Below, one piece after another: positions 24,498-37,100 of a stretch of DNA of 64,000 nucleotides. The stretch's first letter is position 1. Every line of letters begins with the position of its first letter. This DNA is from Anthoceros angustus (taxonomy: Eukaryota > Plantae > Anthocerotophyta): contig VJWM01000103.1 in assembly GCA_010909165.1 (NCBI GenBank), positions 248,001 through 312,000 on the forward strand, in the 5' to 3' direction. Under the pieces are notes generated by a model. It did not search any database, had not been told where the DNA came from, and saw nothing but the letters and a program-made list of their open reading frames with translations. Made by a program: the position numbers and the translations under genes.

Positions 24498-27400
24498 CTA
24501 GTAAGCTGGCATCTTCTCATTTTGATAAGATTTCAGCTCCTCCTTCCTGGGAGACGCAGCGTAAGATCCTACAGGCAAGACTTCCACGCTGGAAATGCCT
24601 AGTACCTGCTTAATTATGTGCCAGATTACAGCTCTGGATTCAATCAGGGGCAGAAACGTGCACACCAGGGTCGTGATGAGAGCCCATATAAGGGACAATA
24701 CCACCCAGAAAGTGAAGGTTGCCTGCACAAAATCCACTTGGAGCAATTAGCAAACAGGTAACGCGGTCACGTCTTCCATGATGCAAAATTGTGTGGGACT
24801 GTACTACCAACCTTACTGAAAACTCCTCCGGCTAGAGAGAGAGCTGGCCAAATGACACAGATAATGGCAGCTATTCCTCCGGTGACAAAGACCGTTTTCT
24901 TGAAGAACTTCTGTAGTTCGTGAGAATCGTTTTTCGCTTCCTCCATGTTAGCCATTTTCACCCCGTCCATGAGTTCAATGTCTTGAAATCTGGAAGAGTC
25001 AACGGGTAAGGCATGCGATGAACAAACGCAGGCCATATTCTGTTGTGGGAAGTAAGTGCTGCTGCGTGATGTCAAGATGGAAATGACGTTACCTTTTGAA
25101 ACTGTCGGGATCACCTGGAGCTATCAAAGTCCACAGGCTGCAGATAATGGCCGACGAGAACAGGCACACTGCCGTGCCTGACACAGTAGGGTCGAGTTGT
25201 TGCAGGCTGAATGAGATGGTCATTTCTCCGAACTTGGACTGCATACCAACATCCGCTGATTATAAGCCTCTGGTTCGTCATGGCCAAAATGCACTCGCAC
25301 GCCAACACTAATTCGCACTTGTACCTGAGCGACCGAGAGCCATGTGCAAATACCGAGACCCTGGCCCCCCAGGGCACCAGCGATAGCGGCTCCCGTTGGG
25401 ACTCGGGGCCAGGTGATCATGAACATGAGGGGGAAGGCGGCGGAGCACACCAAAATACCCATGAGCATAAACAGGAAGTTGAAGTCCACGTTCTCCTGCA
25501 AAGGGGTTGCTAGCTTGAATCAGACAAAGCCTGAACCTAACAAACCCACTTGAAGAAGGATCAAAAGCAAAAGAGGGATCCCTCACATGGTAAAGCAAGC
25601 TACAGACGCCTCCCATGAGTAGGCCCACGGAGCAGAGTGCAATCCGTGAGACAAGCAGTATCTGCTCTCCGGAAGCCTTGGGATTGATGTACGCCTGCAA
25701 TGCACGGAACTAGATCAGGCTCTGCGAGCGCGGTGAAACAGAAATAAGATCTGAGATAAGAACATGAGAGTTGCCTTGTAGATGTCGTAAGTGAAGAGTG
25801 AGGACATGGACAAAAATTCTGCAGATCCCACTGACGTTACAGCCATGAAGACCATGGTGAGGACCAGGAACACGCCTCCTGTTTTGCCACGTCCAGCCCA
25901 AGTCAGTACTGTGCGCCAACCGTGAGCAAATGTTTCTTCCAACGGTGAAAAGTCCAAGCCAAGGTACCTTTGCCCAGCACGAATTGAGCAGCAGCGATGG
26001 GCACCAGGCCCGCATTGGCTTCGGCCGCCGACAGTGGCAAATCCAAGGCCCGCACAGACAACCCGAAAGCTGTGGCCATAGCGAACGGGATTGGGAACCA
26101 CAGCAGTGCGCCAAGCAAGTAGCCCTTGAAGGAAGCTCTGGGACCGGCTGCGATCACTCCCTGCAGCATCCATTCACGAATCTTTGTCAACACCAACTTC
26201 CAAATGCCGTCTGCCAGCACGACTCAAACTCATGTCTTGGAATGTAAATACCTGCCAGAAGGATTGATCAGCGTACAGGATTCCAAGCGAAGAAAGCAAA
26301 TTGTACATTCCGAATTCGAACCCCAGTCTGCTGAACATCGTCATGTAGCTGCCGTCCTTGTTTCCTGCGCACACACAGACGTCCATCATCTGATTTAGAC
26401 TGTGTATCGACACTGACAGCCTCTGGAGAAGGAATTGGAACTCGGGCAATATGGCTACCTGGCACAGGCACTTTGGTTGCCATTACGTTGAGATTCTCCC
26501 ACACTTTGCCAATGCTTCCAATCGGATCCTTGTCACTTGCATAGACCTGCACGTGAAAATCATTTCACTCATCCCGAGACTCAAAATTTGAAGGGCATCC
26601 TCGGGCAACCATAGCAAAGGAAAACAAGTGGAGTTCCGTAAACATTTTGCGCGTCCGACAGTGGATAGTAGGCATACACTGTAGCAAAAGATGTTCAAAG
26701 TGATACAAATGATGATGGTGTGGAAGTAGGAGGAGAAAAAGATGGCCTTGAGGCCGCCTGAGACTGCGTACACGATGACACTCAGCGGAATGAGCATCAA
26801 CGCACTGTAAACGTTCACACCTGCACACCATTCCCGTTCCAGGTGCGTGTAAGCTCTCTGTCCAACAGCCGTTGGCAGCAACCTCTGACGAGAACGGGAA
26901 CATTTACTTCACCTGTGGCTGCCGACAGGACGTTTGCGGCTCCGATAATCAGCAGCGAGCAGACGACCAAATTATTGAGCACACAAATGTAGAGGAACAC
27001 CTGCCAGAGGGCGAGGCAAAAGGAAGGACATCGTCAGAAGCCAAAGTTGGATGCGAATGCTTGCAGGTTGTGACAAAAACGAGTGAGACAACTTACGATG
27101 CCGGCAGCGTGGCCCCATCGTCGCCTGACCAACTCCACCACGGTGTGAGCTTTTGGAGCTCGGCGCTTGAGCTGCAGTGCCAAGGCCCCGAACACGCAGA
27201 ACTGGGCTGTAACACCCGCGCCGTACCTGATTCCAATCGGTGCAGGCGGACAACGTTGTAGTCATTCTCCCGCAAAAATTCCGTCAAGCAATCTGATATG
27301 GCGTCGTTGCAGAGTCCATGGCCTTACCAGAAAGCGCCACTGATTCCAAAGTTGAAAGCCTCATTGCTGGATTGCACTATGGTGGCCACCCTGCACAGCC

Positions 27401-27902
27401 GACATTCCACCGCGTTTTCTGATGAGCTGCAGGGCCTGCAGGCATCTACACAATTCAAATCTGAGATGGAAGGCGAGGCGAATGCCGGGAATCGTACCAA
27501 GTGGAGCGGCTAACCACGTCGACGGCGGTGAGACCTGTCTTGATGGCTCTTCCCGCCGTGTTGAACTCTTCCGAGTTGTATTCACTTCCCGCATACTTCT
27601 TGTCAAAGTACATCACCAGCGTGGTAATCACAGCGAAGAACACTCCAAACCCACCCACCACGGCGTATCCAACCCCCTGCACAAGAGGATATCCAATGTT
27701 TCAATCCCTCTGCACTGTCGCTGTCTCTTCAGATCAAACACAGGCACCGCAAATGAACGAAGGAGAAACTCGAGCCCTGCCGATGTGGTTGTCTGTAGGC
27801 AAGACATCTTACTTGCGAGAGGATCGGATTGTCAGGCGAGAAGAAGTGCGTCTGGTTATCGTACTGATGGAGCCCGAAGGCATTGAGTGCTCCCACAGGC
27901 AT
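24498..27902 (-). CDS. DUR3: DUR3-like urea/solute:sodium symporter family transporter, many short introns
   Basis: LSQ|[15 protein letters not shown]...[31 protein letters not shown]|YGAG...[92 protein letters not shown]|AYINPKA, C-terminal LPLIES. The start ATG at 27902 is inferred. Confidence 0.88.
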
Positions 27903-30900
27903 TTTGCAAGTTCGACGAGAGCGTACGAGCTGCCTTCGATTGCAATTTGCGAATGCCGCACACTCCACTCAGGCAGATCCGGGACCGAGAGAATCGCGCA
28001 GTCGACTCTGAATCAAAACCTGAAGGCCAAAGGTCCGGACCGGAACCCTGCCCGCAACCTCACTTCCTCTGCCGATGACCCGATGCAGATTGCTACTTAT
28101 ACAGCAATGCCCACAAGTGGGCTCGCCGCCCGGAATCGTGGAACGCCACGAGTATGACTCCGGCTCCTAAAATTTCTTCCTGCTTTGCAAAGCTTCAAAG
28201 CAAGATTAACGTCTCCTGGGGACCGGTGCCTCAGCTGGAATGCTGATCAGTGACTGCTGTTCTCGTCTTTAGGAGTCTGCTGTCTCTATTAGCCTTGCTC
28301 ACCGGGTCGGACACCGTTGTCAGTGTCCGGTCCCGCAGAAGGTGCTTATTATTCATCTCTCTCATCACTGCTGACTGGATCCAGCATCGATAGCCCCTGA
28401 CAGCCTTCAGGGCTTGAGGGCGGACAGTCTTCTTGAGCAAGACACTGATGGGTAGGATAGAATATACATAACATACTGTTAACAGTAGTGATCCGTGCTG
28501 CACTAAGCCTAATTTCAAAGCACGCTAGACTACTTGGAACTTGGGACACTCGTCGTGAAGCGGGTTGCCTAGACTCACATCTCACGCACATTCTTGAGTA
28601 GACTAGGTATCGTCTCCAACACACGCACTTCGATTGCAGGATCGAGAGCCAGGAATGGCTGGTGCACCGTGAAATCGCATGTGGTGATGAGAGTCTGCGA
28701 TAAAGTAAGCCGGCCTCCGAAGTGTGCAGCATGAATTCACGAGCTTCATGTTGGGGGGAAGTGGAACGTCAGGTGGTTTGCACCTATCAAGGTGCTAATG
28801 CTAAACACTTCACCTCCTCTCACTACATCAGCGAGAAGCATCTTCCGAAGCGTGGCCAAAAAGTGTCTGGACTAGTCTGACGGTGGCTCACAGCCTGCTC
28901 AACAGTACGGCCACTTCTTTTGACTTTTATCAGACTAGTTTCCCATATCCTTTCCCTGTTGGTATCCAACAGCCTATAGGTAGTAGGTACATATGCTCCT
29001 GCTATGTTTGGACAGGGAAGAAACAGTGCAAGCTCACTTCACGACCTCAATTCAAGATCATGTGCACTCTGTAGATAGCTCAACCCCACGAGTCAAGGCC
29101 GTAACACTTTCCCAGAGATTCTGGGCCCCCAAGGAGGCCTTGGTTAGTGCAGAACGAGACAACTTTGTCTTAATTCGATACTGCTACTGTAGACCACACC
29201 GCTCTAAAACGAGGAGAAGTCTCTCAAGCGTTGTGCCCACTTTTGTTTCCTCATGTGGTGACTGGTCACGGCGGACCTGGGCTCCCAGCTTCGAGAATGT
29301 TGCCAAATTTGGGCAACCGACGACGTCGAATTTGCATTTTTGCACGCACCCCAGTGCACATGGACGGGGAGAGCGTGCAGCGTATCTTATGGGAAGTCGC
29401 GCTCTTCCAGCACATGGATAGAATTTCTCGATACCCGTGGGCACAACGACGTTCCTGATCTGGCCACCTTCTCAGCCGCACAGTTGTCTGCCACCAAGCT
29501 TCTCATGCACACTCTGTCCGACAGCACCCGAGCTTCTGGAGTCCTGGCCTGCTGCGCTCACCATTCCGTCTTTCGCATAGCACGTGGTAAAAGTTGCAGC
29601 TTCTCCGCCGTGAATTAGGGCTGTGATCAGCAAGTGCCCCGCTCTCACAGCCGCGGACACACCCAAGGACCCAAGGGCTCTGCTGTGATAACACCGTCTT
29701 GCTATTGGCGTTAACACATTGTAGGTACTCTATGTCTCAATAGCTGTACATGAACCCATGAACCTAGATGGGTTGTTTTTTAATTTTACTCATACCATTG
29801 TTTCTTAACTCCCCCATACCGTAATATGTAGGTACTTGATCCGGGGAGAAATGCAAACAAGAGGAAACCGTATTTCTCGCGTATGTTGGAAACAACAGGA
29901 GATCCGGTCGGTTGGAAGGACAGGAGGTGCGACGGTGTCCTGCCTTGGTTACTTCCGGGCGTTCAACAGCATCGAGCTTCCTTGGAATTCCGAACAGACG
30001 TACACCGAATCCATCAAATCCTTCGATAATATACCGAGTTCAAAATGACAAAACACGCTGTGCGGCAAAAGTGACAAACGGAAACCACCACATGTATGCC
30101 TTAACCGTCAAAGCAAAACAGGAAAAGGTCCTCTCATGGTCCAGAACAAACAGCTGACCACTTGCCAAGACCAGAGGAACACTTCGACTGAAGCATGGGA
30201 ACGGGAAAGCAGCACAAGGAGATCAGCCATCCGTCACAACGTTGTGGACTGGCTACCAATGGGACTAATAATTAGACGTAGCTCTTGCCCGTCTCCCAGC
30301 CACAACGTCCAAAAGTTGTGCATCGTGCTCCACCGCCAGCTGACAAGAAACTGGCAGCTCTGTCCAACAACCACATCCAACACACCACAGATGCACAAAA
30401 GAGCTCCCTAGCCGACCAATTGGCTCGGGCTCCAAACCATGTCCTGGAGTAAGAAGTGTACATGAAACTGAGAACAAATTACATACAAGGTCTCTTCCGT
30501 ATGTGCGGGTCGTCAGTTGGGCCTGCGACCTGACCAGAAATATATACACGTCCCACTCTCAAGGAACACGCTTAGAAGCCCTGTGCAAAACTGAGTTATC
30601 TACAGACGGAGGGATGAACCCTTTCGTTCATCCCCAGCATGAAAGGCTTTGCAAGGCCATCACTGGACTAGTGTGTTTCGTCACAAAGATGGGTGTGGAC
30701 CTTACCACACAACCAGGTACCTTCATATTGTGGCAACCATGGCTAGCTTGCTCACCTGTGGCACAGTGTTTCTCAAGACTTTCAGCTACAGGAACATGAG
30801 TGCATGAATCACGAAACGTCTTTAAGGCCTACCCAACTAACAAGAGAACACTCACATTTGAAGCCTGTTCGCCTCTATTGATGTACCCAGCCCAAGGAGG

Positions 30901-31024
30901 TCATCTTCTTTGCCATAAGCTTGCTCACCGTTGCCTCCATCGCCCCAGCAGCACAAGACAAGCACACGCATGATCACAATTTAGATGTTGTCAGGCGCAG
31001 AATTGCCACTCCCATTCCCATGAA

Positions 31025-31822
31025 CTAATCATATGAAGAACCCCAGCTGCTGCCATGAGAACAAGCATCATCAAGAACATCTACACCACTCTTATGGCAG
31101 CGTGATTTCTGACGAAGCTCACTCAGCTCCTGCTCCAAAAGATACAGCCGTTCCCTCAACGTCAGATTCTCATCCTCCAAGTGAGCAATGTGGCTCTCCT
31201 GCTCTTCAAGCCGTATCTGCAAGAGCTGCTTGGACTCATCCTGCACAGAACTGGATGGATAGGTCATCTCGAAACGGCCAACATCGTGGTCTAATCGCTG
31301 TTCCACCTGCTGTAGAGACTGCATGCAGTTTGCAGGATTAGATGGCTCACCACGACACATGCTATTAGCAACACTACCATCCTCCACGGAATCATCACTA
31401 GTTCGAAGTCGGATCAGACCAGTCATGGAGCCATAACCATCCACGCCCCACTCCTTCACCTCTTCAACGACACCTTCCCTGTACGCCGGAGTGACCGTAT
31501 GCAGCGCCGGAGAAACCGCGGGGACGGCCGCACCTAACCTCTTGGCATGCATGATATAAGATGAAGTATTGCGAGGAGCACACGGGACGCCCTTCCTCTT
31601 CTTGATAAAATGTCTACGAGTCTTCACTCTGTTCTGCCATTGCAGGTCCCGTAGTCTTGGAGGCTCATACGCACCTCCTCCCTGCGGCAGCGCAACGGCG
31701 GGCCTCGCGGCAGCACAGCGCTTGAAGAAGCGCGATTTCTTCACCCACGGACCTTTCCCCAACAACGGCTCCCGATCCCTCCGCCCGCTGTGAAACGGCT
31801 TCCCCATCTCCACTTGCGGCAT
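31025..31822 (-). CDS. Intronless plant 'PRLI-interacting factor A'-like basic/coiled-coil protein (HEXIM-like motif order)
   Basis: YEPPRLRDLQWQNR..TRRHF.KKRK..P.APRNTSSYIM.AKR, EWGVDGYGSMTGLIRLR, VEQRLDHDVGRFEMTYP and the coiled coil LEEQESHIAHLEDENLTLRERLYLLEQEL. The first in-frame ATG is at 31822. Confidence 0.75.
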   Translation of the reverse strand: MPQVEMGKPFHSGRRDREPLLGKGPWVKKSRFFKRCAAARPAVALPQGGGAYEPPRLRDLQWQNRVKTRRHFIKKRKGVPCAPRNTSSYIMHAKRLGAAVPAVSPALHTVTPAYREGVVEEVKEWGVDGYGSMTGLIRLRTSDDSVEDGSVANSMCRGEPSNPANCMQSLQQVEQRLDHDVGRFEMTYPSSSVQDESKQLLQIRLEEQESHIAHLEDENLTLRERLYLLEQELSELRQKSRCHKSGVDVLDDACSHGSSWGSSYD

Positions 31823-32063
31823 AACTCGCAGACAGACTCGGTGAGGCGACCTTGACGACAAAGCATGAGACACGAAGGCGCGGCTGACACGAAGGTGCAG
31901 ATGCAAGATGCCGGCGAGAAACCCTCGCAGTTTCCTTCCCCGCCCCGCAAGCCAACCGGAAAGCAAACGCAGCGGACGTTGGAATCGAACAGGTAGCACC
32001 TAGACTAAGTACATTGCGTCAAGAAAGCCCGCAGAACCAAATAGGTGGGGTACCTACACCCCT

Positions 32064-33200
32064 TGTAACGTCTCGAGCATTAGGCTGAGTTTAATTCCTT
32101 AACCAGATCTTTTTTGTTTTGGCAAACTCACTTGGTACATATTTCAAAGTATGAATTAAAGTCTTCTGGAATTCCAATTAATGGGGAGGAACGTGGAAGA
32201 TGGGAAATCGTATTTGTGGAACGCAAAAGTTTGGGCCCCTTAGTCATTTTGATCCAGTTTGGTTCATTTTGGTTCATCTTGATTCAAAGTGATCAGTTAG
32301 ACAAGGGCAGGAATTTGGAAGTTTTCCAAGACTAGATAGCTTTTTGGGTAGAGTAGGATCCTACCCCAGTAAGTTGTAGGTAGGGGACCTACCGAAGTAG
32401 GTCACTACCCTATAGGATGCATTTCTAGAATTCTTTTAAGCTATATATGTGTATATACCTAGAAATTAGTAGTTAATTTAGAACCCATAGTTTAAGTAGT
32501 AGTAAAGTAGGAGACCTATGTGTATTTGGCAAGAGCATTGCTTAAAGGGTCCAACCGAGGATATGATGTCACGTGGCAGGCATCGACGGTGGTGTCAGTT
32601 GGGGAATTACTTCCCAACTTGGCAATATCATGTGTGGCATTAATCTTTGCACTTGGGATTAGTATTTGATTGGCATTAATTAATCTAATTACTTATCTTT
32701 AAGTAAGTAAGTTATCTTTAAATAAATAATTAGTATTGATTAATTCTCTTGTTTATGTTAATTAAGCATTAGTTAGTATGAATTAAACATGGTTAGCAAT
32801 AGCTAAGTCGATACGTACAAGTAATATATATGCTTTAGCATGTTTCTTGCATATAATAGTGTATTCTTAGGATATTTCCGGCATATGCTAAAGGACCCTA
32901 AACCCTAAACCCTAAACCCTATTCAGAATATGCCAATGCCAAGAAGAAGAAGATCGCTACTTAGATCCTCTATCGATCTCAAATCATAGCTTGTCCTCTA
33001 TAAATGCAATGCAAGACTGTTGTGAGGAGGCCCAAGCTATGACTCCGAGAGCAATGTGTGAGGAATTTGTGTGTAATTTGTAGGTCGGCACGTAATGAGG
33101 TCACCCCGGCCAGACGGAGAACTCTCCGGACGGGGTCGGACATCCGGGAGGAGAGGGAGAGCAGCGGCTACCAATGAGCGGAGGCACCTAAGCATGGCGG
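32064..33200. mobile_element. Left edge of the transposon island; AT-rich LTR-like segment
   Basis: Composition changes abruptly at TGTAACG (32064), a typical gypsy LTR terminus. The segment is AT-rich with a TATA-like tataaat at ~32999. I found no matching second LTR, PBS or TSD. Confidence 0.35.
32896..32921 (+). repeat. Interstitial plant telomere-type repeat (CCCTAAA)3+
   Basis: ccctaaaccctaaaccctaaacccta. Confidence 0.85.
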
Positions 33201-34189
33201 CAACGATGGGTAATGTCTAAGGAAGACCTATCATTATGGGGAGAGGCGAAGGAGCTTGGGTCATTCGTGGCGGCCGTGGTGGAGGCGATGCACTTGCAAG
33301 CACGGCTTCTAGATGGCGCTGTGGTGGTGGAGGTGTCAACCCCGGCTAGCAAGATGTTTTTTAGTCCTTTCCTCCTCGGCCACAAATTTTCTGTCCTCGT
33401 GATCGACTTAGACCCACCCTTTACAGCCGAGAGGTATCCCAGGGAATGGGGCGGGTGCCATCGATATCAGGAGCGAACCTGTTGGTAGAGCTCCAGATTG
33501 AAGTCGATTTCCTGCGCGACACAGAGTACGAGCGGAGTATTATGGCACGGTCAATTGGCCCTCCATGGGACAAGCGGAGGATCCTCTTTTGGACAGGGCC
33601 CTCAGGTATTGCCATCTTTGAAATTGTCCGAGCCCCGCAAGCACGTGGGGACATCAAGATCGTGTCAAGGCGGCCCGGAGTGCCAACTTTCATCATCTGC
33701 AGGCGCTTCGTTCATCTACAACCGAATGGCGGTTTTATGCTACGGACTTCATCACGACGGCGAAGGGCTTTCTCGGTTCTGATGGCTTGCGATGTGGTTG
33801 TCCGGGCTTGCCACTGTATCGGCGGAAGGAAGGGGAGCGGCATGATTGGGTGCCAAGGCTATGCTTTTGTGTTTGACCTCCGGTCATTGCTGTCTGTAGT
33901 GGTTGTCGATGTATACGCCCCAAACGTCGCGTGGGCCTAGAGGAAGTTGGGGAGATGGTTATACACTCCTATTCTAAGCTGATGGCCAGCTCAGTGGGCC
34001 CTAGCTGGCCGCCTACTATTTCCCATTATTCCGTCTATCTACGTGGTTCAGGTGGGGTGGTTCCCGGATTCGCCTTGGCTGGGCCCAAGCCCTAGCCCTG
34101 ACAACTGCGGCGCACCCAATCGGATGATCCACGAGGGGCCCTTCCCTTCCGAGACTGCAGCCGGTGAGCCACCGTGGCGGCGACAGCGA

Positions 34190-37100
34190 TCACCACCAAG
34201 TCCTCCTCCCTCCTGTCTTGCTGCCACTGGCTGGGCCTTGTTCGGAGCCTCTAAGAGATGGCTGCGAGGCGGGTGATTGGTGACTCACTGCAGTCTGGAC
34301 CTCAAGTTCTAGTCTCCACTCTGGAGTCCGGACCTCCGGGTCCGGTCTTCTCTCTGGAGTCCGGACCTCAGGGTCCGGACTCGCCTCTGGGGTCTGGACC
34401 TCGAGGTTCGGTCTTCTCTCTGGAGTCCGGACCTCAGGGTCCGGACTCGCGGGTCCTTGGACTTGCCCGCCCCGTGGACTACCCAAAGGTTCATCCTCAC
34501 CCACCGGGCCCTCCCTTTGGTCCAGGATTCCCGGACCCGCTCCTTCTATGGCCTCCCCAGGGCCCTCCTCCCTTCCTTCCGTGGTAGGGTGCGGAGTGCT
34601 TACCTCAGGCGCAGTGACATTCATTACGTCCTGCTCCTCCAGCTGATCTCCCTCCCCGCTGCTGCTGTCGTCGCCGAACAGCGCTCCCAAGGTCCCGGTT
34701 GCCGTACTGTCTCCGTGGCCTTCCTCCCTCGCTCCGCCTTCTGACCCGTCCGGGGGTCCGTCCATCTGTCCAGGGTGACGCAGGACCTCTAGAGCCTTGA
34801 GGAGCTCCACGTGGTAATAGGTAAAGTCTGAATCGACTTGTTGAATTGCCTCTTCCACATGAGCCCGGAGCACCCGATGCCACCTCCTCGAGGTGCTCGG
34901 TAGTTGGGCGTGTTGTCGGACCTCAGAGCCTCCCGGGCTTGCCAAGTAGTAGGCCGTGAGACTCTTGAGGCCGCCAAGTGCCTCACACCTCCTGCGCTGC
35001 AACTTTCGGCCGTCACTCCTCCTCCCTCCGTCAGAGTAGCTCGACCGACTTCAGCCATGGAGCCGCTCTCCCTCGCCTTCCCATGATCGGACAAGCGGCC
35101 AGCTCTTCTCCAGCCTTCGCCCCGTTCATCTTTGCGAGGTCCGCCATCTCCCTCTCAGGGGTGTATCTCGCTCCCTCTGGCTTCCTCGGCTCCTTCTTCA
35201 ACTCGGCGATGTCCAACTCCTTGGATCGCCGCCAACTCTCCTCCGTCCTCAAACAGAGCTGGAGCCGCCCTATCTCCCGCTCATGGTCCGCAATCACTCC
35301 CTGGAGGGCTCTATGCCGCTCAACCGTGTCTTAGAGCTGTAGCTCCAAGGTTTCCTTGCGGTCCTCCATTTCCTGCCGACGCTCCTCCATTTCCTGCAGT
35401 TGGGTCCGGAGATCCTCCATCTCCCGGTTGCTGGCCTCCTTTTCCTCCACCAGCTTGCAGGTACACCTTGGCTGCAGTTTGCTCGGCCTTGGCCGGTGCT
35501 GTAGTTTTCCTCCACCGGTTCCTATCCCTCCGGTAGTGGTCTCGGTCGGTCTTGGCGGCGGCTTCAGCCTCCCGCGCCCCTTTCACCTGAGCCTCCCAGG
35601 CTTGGTGCTGCTCCTGTCAAGCCGTCTCGACGAGGTCTCGGGCCCTCTCCGCTTGCCTTCGGGCCTCCTCCGACTCCTTCTGAGCTGCCTCCCTCCATTT
35701 GCAGAGGTCTTCAGCCCGTGCTTGGGCCTCTTCTTGCCTTCAGTACTTGTTGAAGGATCTGGCTTAGTCCTGTTGTCGGACTGGCCTCTCTCTGCCCGGC
35801 GCTTCACCTCCTCGACCCTTGCGAGTGACTCCGCCTTTGGCTCGCAGGCCGCCTCTACACCCACAGGTTCCATCATCCTTGGGTGGCCTCCACTTCTTGG
35901 GTCTTCTCCATTTCAGAGACCCCAAAAGCATACCGTCCATGGCCAGTAGCCAGCTCCGCCAAGTACCGGGAAGTCCGATGTGGGAGCGGGCATCTCCTGT
36001 CCGTCGAGGACCATCTGCAGTCCGGAGAGTGCAGGCAGGCTCTCGGACCCAATCGGGACCCTCAGTCTGAGTGCTTCAGTCAGAGCCTCTACTCCTTGGC
36101 CCCCTTGGCGCTAGCTCCTTCTCCGCCCTTCTCCGGCAGGGCTCGGAGGTGGTGAAGGGTCAAGGCCCAGCCCTCTTGCCTCTCCCGGTCGGGGCAGGGA
36201 GGCTCGAGTGAGGGCTCAGCTGGTGCCCTCCGCCCACAGGCGGCATCCTTTTCCGCCTCCTTGCACGGCCTCCTCCGCTTCGCCACTCCTTTGGTAGGGG
36301 CACACATAGCCCGGTCTGGCGGCTGCGTTGGTAGGCGCTATCTTCCGCCTCTTCGCTTCCCGTCAGTCCGTGAGGCTCGGCCGCATCGTTGTTGGCTGGC
36401 AGGCGTCACCGAGTTCTGACCTTGACTCGAATCTGGCCTCTTCTGCGCGGGTGCTCGGTGGGGAACCAAGAGGAGAGAAGCGGGAATGTCTTCCCACACT
36501 TCCCTGGGTGGCGAGGGGGTCCGTTCCAGACGTATAGAGTCCGGAATCCCCTCCCAGTCGTCCTCCTCCCGGACCCGCTTGCTCCGGACTGGACGGGCCT
36601 CAGCCTCCTGCGTTCTTCCTTCTCTCTCCGCCTCTGGTAGGGCGGCCAGCCCTTTCCGTAGTGCCCGCTCCTCTTCCCTCTCCTTCAAGAGGTTCATGTG
36701 CCCCCACACATGAATGATGAATGGCGATAACGCCGAGGGGGGTGGCTTCTCGCTTCTCAACTTCCGGGCCTCCTGGTTGATTCGGGCAAAGATTATCCTA
36801 CTCAGCTTCCCTTCCTCAGATCGTGAAGGAACACCAGTAGTAAATTATCCCCAAGGTGGTCCACCTTGGTGAGCATATTCCAGTGGACGATAATCTTCGC
36901 GATCGATACTCCTCCGCCCGGAGGTCCGGGCATCGACCACCCGTTGGAGGATCGCTGCATTCTAGTCGCAAGAGGGGCGCCTACGGCCGCCCACCTTCCC
37001 TTCACCTTGAGGCCCGGAACCACTCCCCTACTTCTCACGCCCAGGCGATTGTAGGCCTCGGGACCTCCACGGTCCACCTCACAGGAGTCCTCCAGCAGTT

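Noticed and set aside
30400-30420. miR159/319-like sequence (reverse complement ttggtcggctagggagctct)
   Set aside because: Several mismatches plus an indel relative to the mature miRNA, and no complementary arm nearby.
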